A DNA stretch of 64,000 nucleotides from an uncultured Bacteroides sp. (lineage in GTDB: Bacteria > Bacteroidota > Bacteroidia > Bacteroidales > Bacteroidaceae): the NCBI GenBank assembly GCA_949296575.1, contig CASFPE010000034.1, positions 116,062-180,061 on the forward strand, in the 5' to 3' direction. Every line of letters begins with the position of its first letter. Within the stretch, counting starts at the first letter, position 1. Made by a program: the position numbers and the translations under genes. Under the pieces are notes generated by a model, which was given only the letters and a program-made list of their open reading frames with translations, was not told the DNA's origin and searched no databases. Below are positions 57,244 to 64,000 of this stretch, one piece after another.

Positions 57244-57387
57244 TTTTGAATATCCGTTTTACAGATTTGCAATTATTACAATTTTATATCGCTTGCAAAG
57301 ATAAAAGGTTTAGCGGAACGAGCCAACACTTCTGCTCGTTTTTCATATAATTTAAGAGTAAATCCGGCCTGTTTCATTAATAATCCC

Positions 57388-57395
57388 TACATTTG
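57388..57395 (+). promoter_or_regulatory. Bacteroidetes-type -7 box (TACATTTG) for nadE
   Basis: TAnnTTTG match 26 nt upstream of the ATG at 57421. Confidence 0.45.
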
Positions 57396-57420
57396 CAACA
57401 ACGTCTAAACAGAAAGAACG

Positions 57421-59349
57421 ATGAAATACGGTTTTGTGAAAGTGGCTGCTGCGGTGCCATCCGTCAAAGTGGCCGACTGCAAGTACAATGCTGAGCAAAT
57501 AGAAAGCCTGATAGCCGTGGCTGCGGGCAAGGGAGTGCAAATCATCGCTTTCCCGGAATTGTGCATCACGGCCTACACATGCGGCGACCTTTTTGCGCAA
57601 CAACTGCTGCAAGGGAAAGCGGAAATGGCCCTGCTGCAATTGGTGAACGACACGAGGCACCTCGACATCATCAGCATCGTGGGGCTTCCCGTGGCCGTGA
57701 ACGCTGCCTTGCTCAACGCGGCAGCCGTGTTCCAAAAAGGCAAGATATTGGGCATCGTGCCGAAAACGTACCTCCCCAACTACAAGGAATTTTACGAAAT
57801 GCGCTGGTTCGCCCCCGCTGCAAGCGTGAAGGAAACCAGCATCCGGCTGTGCGGGCAACAAGTGCCGATCGGGAGGAACTTGCTGTTCCACGCCTCAGAC
57901 ACTTGCTTCGGCATCGAAATTTGCGAAGACCTTTGGGCGCCCATACCGCCCAGTTCCGTCCTGTCGCTCAAAGGGGCGGAAATCATTTTCAACCTTTCTG
58001 CCGACAACGAAAGCGCAGGAAAGCACGCTTACCTCCGCTCCCTCGTCTGCCAGCAATCGGCACGCACGCTGTCGGGCTACGTGTTTGCATCCTGCGGCTT
58101 CGGGGAATCCACCACGGATGTCGTGTTCGGAGGCAACGGGCTCATCTATGAGAACGGCCGCCTGCTGGCTGCATCCGAACGGTTCCAAATGAAAGAGCAA
58201 TTGGTGGCTGCCGAAATCGACGTGGAATTCCTGAGAGGGGAAAGGCTCGCCAACACGACCTTCACCGCCAACCAAGCCTGCTGTCCGGACAAAGACACCG
58301 TGGACATCAGCACCGAATTGGTGAACAGCCACTTGGAGCAGGAATTGGAACGCGCCGTCTGCCCGATGCCGTTCATCCCGTCGCCCGATGCCATGGACGA
58401 ACGCTGCGAAGAAATCATCAACATACAATGCACCGGGCTGGCGCAACGCATGGCGCACACTGGCTGCCGCACGGCCGTCATCGGCATATCCGGCGGGCTG
58501 GATTCCACGCTGGCGCTCTTGGTGTGCGCCAAAACATTCGACAAACTGAAGCTGAACCGCAAGAACATCATCGGCATCACCATGCCGGGATTCGGCACCA
58601 CCAACCGCACCTACCAGAACGCCATCCGCATGATGCAGCTCCTCGGCATCACAACGCGGGAAATCAGCATCAAAGATGCATGCGTGCAGCACTTCAAGGA
58701 CATCCGCCACGACATCAACGTACACGACACGACATACGAAAACGCGCAGGCGCGCGAAAGGACGCAAATCCTCATGGACGTGGCCAACCAAGAGGGCGGA
58801 CTCGTCATCGGCACCGGCGACCTGTCGGAATTGGCCCTGGGATGGGCAACTTACAACGGGGACCACATGTCGAACTACGGCGTGAATGCCAGCGTGCCGA
58901 AAACATTGGTGAAATATTTAGTGGAATGGATGGCGCGCAACAGCGCGGACAACGACATACGCCGCACCCTGCTCGACGTGATTTCCACCCCCATCAGCCC
59001 GGAACTGACCCCGGCCGACGAGAACGGCGACATCCATCAAAAGACAGAAGACCTGGTAGGGCCGTATGAACTGCACGACTTCTTCCTGTACCACTTCATG
59101 CGCTCCCGCTTCCGCCCGTCCAAAATATTCTACCTCGCCACGAAAGCCTTCGGCGGGAGTTACGATGAGGAAACAATCAAGAAATGGATGAAAACGTTCT
59201 TCCGCCGCTTCTTCAGCCAGCAATTCAAGCGTTCGTGCCTCCCCGACGGCCCCAAAGTCGGGTCGATAGCCCTGAGCCCAAGGGGCGACTGGCGCATGCC
59301 CAGCGATGCTTCCGCCGCATTGTGGCTCAAGGAATGCGACGACTTGTGA
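57421..59349 (+). CDS. nadE: glutamine-dependent NAD+ synthetase
   Basis: 642-aa ORF with an N-terminal CN-hydrolase domain (FPELCITAY, EICEDLW) and a C-terminal synthetase with the SGGLDS P-loop. Confidence 0.9.
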   Translation: MKYGFVKVAAAVPSVKVADCKYNAEQIESLIAVAAGKGVQIIAFPELCITAYTCGDLFAQQLLQGKAEMALLQLVNDTRHLDIISIVGLPVAVNAALLNAAAVFQKGKILGIVPKTYLPNYKEFYEMRWFAPAASVKETSIRLCGQQVPIGRNLLFHASDTCFGIEICEDLWAPIPPSSVLSLKGAEIIFNLSADNESAGKHAYLRSLVCQQSARTLSGYVFASCGFGESTTDVVFGGNGLIYENGRLLAASERFQMKEQLVAAEIDVEFLRGERLANTTFTANQACCPDKDTVDISTELVNSHLEQELERAVCPMPFIPSPDAMDERCEEIINIQCTGLAQRMAHTGCRTAVIGISGGLDSTLALLVCAKTFDKLKLNRKNIIGITMPGFGTTNRTYQNAIRMMQLLGITTREISIKDACVQHFKDIRHDINVHDTTYENAQARERTQILMDVANQEGGLVIGTGDLSELALGWATYNGDHMSNYGVNASVPKTLVKYLVEWMARNSADNDIRRTLLDVISTPISPELTPADENGDIHQKTEDLVGPYELHDFFLYHFMRSRFRPSKIFYLATKAFGGSYDEETIKKWMKTFFRRFFSQQFKRSCLPDGPKVGSIALSPRGDWRMPSDASAALWLKECDDL

Positions 59350-59356
59350 TGCCGGC

Positions 59357-60274
59357 TCAGCCGCACGACTGGTTGCGGCAATGCGTTTCGGGCGTCTCCA
59401 TCTCCAACGTGGAATGGCAGATGCCCATCTCTTTCAAATGCTGCTTCAACGCTTTCCGGGTGGCATCCATCGCCGACACGTCGTCTATCACCACATGGGC
59501 CGTGAGGGCCACGTCCGTCGTGCTGATGGCCCACACATGCACATGATGGACATTCACCACATGGTCGCAACCGGACAGGAGCGCATCCACCTTGTCCACG
59601 TCAATCTTTTCGGGAACAGCGTCCAACGACAAACGCAAGCTCTCGGAAAGGAGCCTCCACGTGGAAGCCAGAATCACCACAGCAATCACCAAGCTGACGA
59701 TGGGGTCTATCAGCGAAATACCGGTGAAAGCAATGACAATGCCGGAAACCACCACGCCCACCGACACCAACGTGTCGGCAAGCATATGCAGGAAAGCGCC
59801 ACGGATGTTCAAATCCTCCTTCTGGTCCTTCATCAGGAGCCAGGCCGTCAGCCCGTTCACCACGATGCCTGCACCCGCCGTCCAAGACACAGCCACCCCG
59901 TCCACCGGCTGCGGATGCGTGAACTTGTGGATGCTTTCCACCATGATGGCGCCCACCGCCACCAAAAGGATGATGGCGTTCAGCAGCGATATCAGCACCG
60001 TGCTTTTCTTGTACCCATACGTGAAACGCTTGTTGCTGTGGAGCTTTGCCAAACGGAACGCCACCAACGACAACGCCAAGCTGAACACGTCCCCCAGATT
60101 GTGGCCCGCATCCGACAGGAGGCCCAACGAATTGCTCCAGAAACCCACGCCCGCCTCCACGCAGACAAACAAGGCGTTCAACACAATGGCCACGACAAAA
60201 ATGCCGTTCACCGACTCCAAACGATGCACGTGCCCATGCACATGCCCGTGATGAGGATGAGAATGTTCTTCCAT
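59357..60274 (-). CDS. cation diffusion facilitator (CzcD/ZitB-like) transporter
   Basis: 305-aa ORF with a His-rich N-terminus, six TM helices, and HMLADTL and DAGHNLGD motifs. Confidence 0.8.
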   Translation of the reverse strand: MEEHSHPHHGHVHGHVHRLESVNGIFVVAIVLNALFVCVEAGVGFWSNSLGLLSDAGHNLGDVFSLALSLVAFRLAKLHSNKRFTYGYKKSTVLISLLNAIILLVAVGAIMVESIHKFTHPQPVDGVAVSWTAGAGIVVNGLTAWLLMKDQKEDLNIRGAFLHMLADTLVSVGVVVSGIVIAFTGISLIDPIVSLVIAVVILASTWRLLSESLRLSLDAVPEKIDVDKVDALLSGCDHVVNVHHVHVWAISTTDVALTAHVVIDDVSAMDATRKALKQHLKEMGICHSTLEMETPETHCRNQSCG

Positions 60275-60447
60275 GACATCTGATTTTTATACGGCAAATT
60301 TACGGCGCATCCCGTGCAACCGGGTTGCAAATTGCCGTTGGGCAGGCAACATCCTCTGCAAAAACATCCGCACCCCTCCCCTCCCATCCACAGCCGCTTC
60401 CGTGAAAACATTTGTCAATGACTGTTGCAAAACAGCAATTTTTTCCG

Positions 60448-60455
60448 TATATTTG
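60448..60455 (+). promoter_or_regulatory. Bacteroidetes-type -7 box (TATATTTG)
   Basis: TAnnTTTG match ~160 nt upstream of the HU-like gene. Confidence 0.4.
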
Positions 60456-60478
60456 CAGGCAGCTTCAGGAAGAATTTC

Positions 60479-60547
60479 CTGCACGATTAATAATCGTCAA
60501 GCCGGAAGATTAATAATCGTCATCGTGTACGATTATTAATCGTGCAG
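60479..60547 (+). promoter_or_regulatory. 19-bp inverted repeat plus third direct copy: three 15-nt sites at 23-nt spacing
   Basis: 60479..60497 (CTGCACGATTAATAATCGT) is the perfect reverse complement of 60529..60547. GATTAATAATCGTCA occurs directly at 60485 and 60508 and inverted at ~60531. Confidence 0.8.
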
Positions 60548-60612
60548 AAACAACCTCCTAAAGCAACAATGAAAAGCATTCTGCCAATCAAAAACATTAA
60601 TCTTTACAAATC

Positions 60613-61062
60613 ATGATCAAGTACAGTTTAGTCATGCGGGGAGAGCCGAGAAACCCGGAAAAGCCAAAGAAAGTTTACGCCTCGGCACAATGCGCCCAAA
60701 CACTCACTTTGGAAGAATTGGCCCGGCACATCCAGTCGCACGGCTGCGTTTACAGCGTGGCCGACTTCGTGGCCGTCACTAAAATGCTGGCCGAAGCCAC
60801 AACCCGGATGCTGCAAGAAGGCTGCCGTGTGGAGTTGGACGAGTTAGGCACGTTCTATCCCACCTTAGGATGCGAAGGCGCGGAAAGCATGGACGCCTTC
60901 CAACCCGACAAACATATCAAGGAAGTAAGGGCGAACTGGAAGCCCGGCAAAGCATTCAGGAACCTCCGCGACGGCATCGAGTTCGAGGAGAACATGAACC
61001 GCCGCACGGAACGCAAGCTGCTCGCTGCAGAACGCAAAGGGGAAAACAAAATGGAACTGTAA
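60613..61062 (+). CDS. HU-related DNA-binding protein (Bacteroidetes HU_rel type)
   Basis: 149-aa ORF. MIKYSLVMRGEPRNPEKPKKVYA...TLTLEELARHI resembles the Bacteroides histone-like family that I recall as common in accessory regions. Confidence 0.65.
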   Translation: MIKYSLVMRGEPRNPEKPKKVYASAQCAQTLTLEELARHIQSHGCVYSVADFVAVTKMLAEATTRMLQEGCRVELDELGTFYPTLGCEGAESMDAFQPDKHIKEVRANWKPGKAFRNLRDGIEFEENMNRRTERKLLAAERKGENKMEL

Positions 61063-61241
61063 AGACCCCTTCCGCATATAAACGCAAAAAAGCATCAGGG
61101 AGGTTCTCATCCCCATATAGCACTTGCATGCCATCTGCTTTTACTTTCGATGACAAAGGCAAGGAATGTGCTTTACTGAGAGATTTCTTCCAAATCCGCT
61201 TTTATTCATCCCTTCTGAACGGGGGAATGAACTTTTTTATG

Positions 61242-61249
61242 TATGTTTG
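61242..61249 (+). promoter_or_regulatory. Bacteroidetes-type -7 box (TATGTTTG)
   Basis: TAnnTTTG match 45 nt upstream of the ATG at 61294. It lies inside the 5' extension of ORF 61243.., which argues for the downstream start. Confidence 0.45.
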
Positions 61250-61293
61250 TAGATGACATTGGAATATTGCACCCTCACAACAACGAGAAAATC

Positions 61294-62925
61294 ATGCAGA
61301 TACACGATAACAGACTTATAGCAGAATGTACATCTTACGATTTCAAGGAGATGCTGGAACGCAAGAAAGTGAAGTCGTGGCTCAAATCCGTGTCGGCTTT
61401 TGCCAATACGGATGGCGGCAGCTTGTTCTATGGCGTAAACGATGAAGGTGAAGTTGTGGGCTTGGAGAACCCGCAGGCGGATGCCGACTTTATCAGCGAA
61501 ATGATAAAGGCACGGCTTGACCCTGTGCCGGAAGTGCAGCTTATACCGATGGAGTACGAAGGACGCACCCTGCTTGAAGTGAAAGTCAAGGCCGGAGTGC
61601 TGACACCTTATTACTATTATCAAGACGGAACACGCACGGCTTTTGTCAGGGTAGGCAATGAAAGTGTGGAATGCAATGCGCAACAACTCCTCTCGTTGGT
61701 GCTGAAAGGCACGCACATGACGTGGGATTCGCTCCCTACTCAAGTGGATGCCCACAAGCACTCTTTCATCATCCTTGCCAATACATTCCGCGAACAGACG
61801 CATCAGGAATGGAACGACAAGCATTTGGAGTCGTTCGGGCTGGTCACGTCTGACGGCAAGCTGACCAATGCCGGACTGCTGTTTGTGGACAACTGCACCG
61901 TGTTCCAGTCGCGCATTTTCTGCACCCGTTGGACGGGGCTTTATAAAGACGATGCCATCAGCTCGGTAGAACACCGTGCCAACCTCGTCCTGCTTTTAAA
62001 GTACGGCATGGACTTCATCAAGAACTACACGATGAGCGGATGGGTGAAGATGCCAAACTACCGCCTCAATCTGCCCGACTATTCCGACCGGGCTATCTTT
62101 GAAGGACTGGTCAACCACCTTATCCATCGGGATTATACGGTAATGGGCGGCGAGGTGCATATCGACATTTACGATGATCGTGTAGAACTGGTGTCGCCCG
62201 GTGCGATGCTCGACGGCACACAGATTCAAGACCGCGACATCTACAATGTGCCGTCCATACGCCGCAACCCCGTCATTGCCGATATGTTTACCCAGCTTGA
62301 CTACATGGAGAAACGTGGCTCCGGCCTCCGCAAGATGCGCGAACTGACCGAGAAGCTGCCCAACTTTCTGCCCGGCAAGGAGCCCCGTTACAAGACCGAA
62401 GCCTCCTCGTTCTTCACCACTTTCTATAACTTGAATTGGGGCGAGAACGGTAGAATCCCCGTAGAAGAGGTGGCCGACAGGGTAAACAGTACCCTCAAAA
62501 AGTGCCCTGTAAACGAAGAAAGTTCGGAGAAGAAGTTCGGTGAAAACGGAAAAAGTTCGGAGAAGAAGTTCGGTGAAAACGGAAAAAGTTCGGTGAAAAC
62601 CTTCGGTGATTCACAAAAATCTTCGGTGGAAAAGTTCGGAGACAGCAGCCTAAGTTCGGAGACAAGGTTCGGAAACAACAGTGAAAGTTCGGAAACAAGG
62701 TTCGGAAAGGTTGCAAATGAGAATAAAAGTGTTGGAAAGACCGCACAAAAAATCATAGACTTAGTTATTTCCGACCCTTCCATTTCTGCCGAAGCTATGG
62801 CTTATCGTATAGGTGTCAGTTCGAGAGCAGTAGAAAAACAAATTGCCAAACTGCGTTCTATGGGGATTTTAACTCGTGAGGGCGCAACCTTTGGTGGTTA
62901 TTGGCGCATCATAGTAAAACCATAA
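61294..62925 (+). CDS. AlbA_2 (Schlafen-like) + HATPase_c_4 + repeat linker + C-terminal winged-helix protein
   Basis: N-domain has SVSAFANTDGGSLFYGVNDEGEVVG and the middle has LVNHLIHRDY...VSPG...MEKRGSGLRKM. Six 11-aa SSxxxFG repeats follow. The C-terminus ISAEAMAYRIGVSSRAVEKQIAKLRSMGILTREG is wHTH-like. Confidence 0.75.
   Translation: MQIHDNRLIAECTSYDFKEMLERKKVKSWLKSVSAFANTDGGSLFYGVNDEGEVVGLENPQADADFISEMIKARLDPVPEVQLIPMEYEGRTLLEVKVKAGVLTPYYYYQDGTRTAFVRVGNESVECNAQQLLSLVLKGTHMTWDSLPTQVDAHKHSFIILANTFREQTHQEWNDKHLESFGLVTSDGKLTNAGLLFVDNCTVFQSRIFCTRWTGLYKDDAISSVEHRANLVLLLKYGMDFIKNYTMSGWVKMPNYRLNLPDYSDRAIFEGLVNHLIHRDYTVMGGEVHIDIYDDRVELVSPGAMLDGTQIQDRDIYNVPSIRRNPVIADMFTQLDYMEKRGSGLRKMRELTEKLPNFLPGKEPRYKTEASSFFTTFYNLNWGENGRIPVEEVADRVNSTLKKCPVNEESSEKKFGENGKSSEKKFGENGKSSVKTFGDSQKSSVEKFGDSSLSSETRFGNNSESSETRFGKVANENKSVGKTAQKIIDLVISDPSISAEAMAYRIGVSSRAVEKQIAKLRSMGILTREGATFGGYWRIIVKP
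62521..62718 (+). repeat. six in-frame 33-nt tandem repeats (first two identical)
   Basis: AGTTCGGAGAAGAAGTTCGGTGAAAACGGAAAA occurs at 62521 and 62554, followed by four diverged units that each encode SSxxxFGxxxx. Confidence 0.9.
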
Positions 62926-62942
62926 CAGGGAGGACGTGACAC

Positions 62943-63647
62943 ATGACAATCTTTATCTTGACCTCCATCTTATTGGTCGCAGCTTTGGCGATAGCCTTGC
63001 TTATGGGCGTTTCTCCTGCGAGCCAAAAGGTCAAAGTCTGGTCGATGTATGTCGGAGCTGCGCTTATGCTCGTAATTGCTCTTATCGTCTGCGACTATAT
63101 TGATGCTTTGCCGGATTTTCCGTCCAAGTTCCGATTCCATGCGGTATTGGTGCTTACCATAACCGTAGGTTATCTCTGTATTTCCATTGCCTTTATGGAA
63201 AAGAACAATGTTCTAAAGCGTAAAAACCGCATACTTGAAAATGCTCTTACTGAGAAAGAGCAAGAGAAAGTATCCATTCTGATGGAGCGCCAAAGCGAAC
63301 AGCAACAAGCGCTCCAAAAAGGAGAACTTGAATGGTTTGCCGAGAAAATAAAGATGTTCAGCGAGGAGGAACAGAAGGCTATTCTTGCCAGTGCCTACGC
63401 ATTTGCAGAACACGATTTGATTCTTCCACCTTCAATTACAATCCAACCTAATGATATGTGCAGTCAGCAAGAACTCATGTATTTCGTTTACTCCGCTTTC
63501 TCCAACATGGGCAAGAAGCGCAGCGACATTGTGAGTTTCTTATGTCAGGTTTTCAAGGCATACTTTCCTACTGGTGAGAGTGCTGTATCAAAGAAGATGC
63601 CGGGATTGGATAAGGTTAAGGAGAGAAGGGAGAATGAATGTAACTAG
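62943..63647 (+). CDS. membrane protein (3 TM + coiled coil + C-terminal domain), unknown function
   Basis: 234-aa ORF starting 17 nt after the upstream stop. Three hydrophobic helices occupy residues ~1-85, followed by a Glu/Gln/Lys-rich helix and a ~90-aa C-domain I do not recognise. Confidence 0.6.
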   Translation: MTIFILTSILLVAALAIALLMGVSPASQKVKVWSMYVGAALMLVIALIVCDYIDALPDFPSKFRFHAVLVLTITVGYLCISIAFMEKNNVLKRKNRILENALTEKEQEKVSILMERQSEQQQALQKGELEWFAEKIKMFSEEEQKAILASAYAFAEHDLILPPSITIQPNDMCSQQELMYFVYSAFSNMGKKRSDIVSFLCQVFKAYFPTGESAVSKKMPGLDKVKERRENECN

Positions 63648-63681
63648 ATGATGTATTTCAATATTATAGAATAGAGTTAAC

Positions 63682-64000
63682 ATGAACAATACACTCATAG
63701 ATAATTCCATAGAAGCACTTTCGATGACAATCACATTACGGAAGTGTATATCGACCGACGGTGTGAAGACCATTAGTTTTGCTACTGGTTATTGGGACAT
63801 ACCCGGTCTTGCCATATTGCAAGAAGAATTAAGGCATTTCCTGGAAAAAGAAGGGACAGTGCTCCGTTTACTTATCGGGAAAGACCCTTATGTATACGTC
63901 AATCAGTTGAAGTCACCCAAATACAAAGACGCAAACTATCCACAGGATTTTATCAGAACAGATATCCATGAACTTGATGTCGTTGAGGAATACAAAGCGG
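63682..64000 (+). CDS. PLD-like (NgoFVII/Bfi-type nuclease fold) domain protein, N-terminal fragment
   Basis: Open frame from the ATG at 63682 to the window end (MNNTLIDNSIEAL...ISFATGYWDIPGLAILQEEL...LRLLIGKDP). This pattern resembles N-terminal PLD-like domains of helicase/nuclease defence proteins. It is absent from the ORF track because no stop falls in the window. Confidence 0.45.
   Translation, partial: MNNTLIDNSIEALSMTITLRKCISTDGVKTISFATGYWDIPGLAILQEELRHFLEKEGTVLRLLIGKDPYVYVNQLKSPKYKDANYPQDFIRTDIHELDVVEEYKA

Noticed and set aside
59306-60283. 325-aa plus-strand ORF antisense to the CDF transporter, plus 57895..58866 antisense to nadE
   Set aside because: Both are His/Arg/Gln-rich shadow frames, and the opposite strands encode clearly recognisable proteins.
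62521-62718. Possible CRISPR-like array, given 33-nt repeats
   Set aside because: The repeats are contiguous with no spacers, are in frame within a long ORF, and degenerate progressively. This is a coding tandem repeat, not a CRISPR array.
1-64000. Search by eye for tRNA, rRNA, tmRNA, integrase or transposase genes that could explain the islands
   Set aside because: None recognised. The only tyrosine recombinase (xerD, 40583..41518) sits among housekeeping genes far from either island. A proper tRNAscan/Infernal run is still needed, because small RNAs are easy to miss by eye.

Overview
The window looks like a Bacteroidales (Bacteroidota) chromosomal segment. Support: recurrent TAnnTTTG -7 promoter boxes, a 2453-aa SprA/Sov T9SS translocon next to ruvA, many lipoprotein signals and a T9SS C-terminal sorting domain. 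About 45 GC-rich core genes are recognisable: pdxA, rlmN, rpsA, rnz, ruvA, sprA, a LysO pair, a periplasmic redox operon, rhaBATD, a comM-like gene, xerD, aroQ, pyk, rbfA, a lolE-like permease, a pectinesterase-like gene, rubrerythrin with a Fur/PerR regulator, nadE and a CDF transporter. Three AT-rich accessory insertions interrupt this backbone. (1) 4.9-8.2 kb holds a type II 5mC restriction-modification pair. The methyltransferase has an unexplained ~250-aa C-terminal extension, and the candidate endonuclease is split by a +1 frameshift in an A7 run. (2) 47.4-56.1 kb is an 8.7-kb integrase-less island flanked by 104-nt direct repeats. It carries XRE-hsdM-hsdS-[AlbA_2/Schlafen-like + HATPase_c_4 gene]-hsdR and a Walker-A ATPase stub. 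(3) 60.4 kb to the window end holds an HU-like gene behind a three-site operator-like array, a second AlbA_2/HATPase_c_4 paralogue with six 33-nt in-frame repeats, an orphan 3-TM coiled-coil protein, and the start of a PLD-like gene. My top candidate for something undescribed is the Schlafen-like gene embedded between hsdS and hsdR. That is the position PrrC occupies in the E. coli prr locus. A possible paralogue-led three-gene cassette starts at 61.3 kb. Other items worth a look are a radical SAM/SPASM gene with an overlapping small ORF, a secreted DUF4468-flavin reductase fusion, a TAT-exported aldo/keto reductase operon, and two structured intergenic repeat clusters. No rRNA, tRNA, CRISPR array, integrase or transposase was seen by eye. 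All family calls rest on motif recognition and memory, with no database search. Coordinates of small elements were hand-counted.
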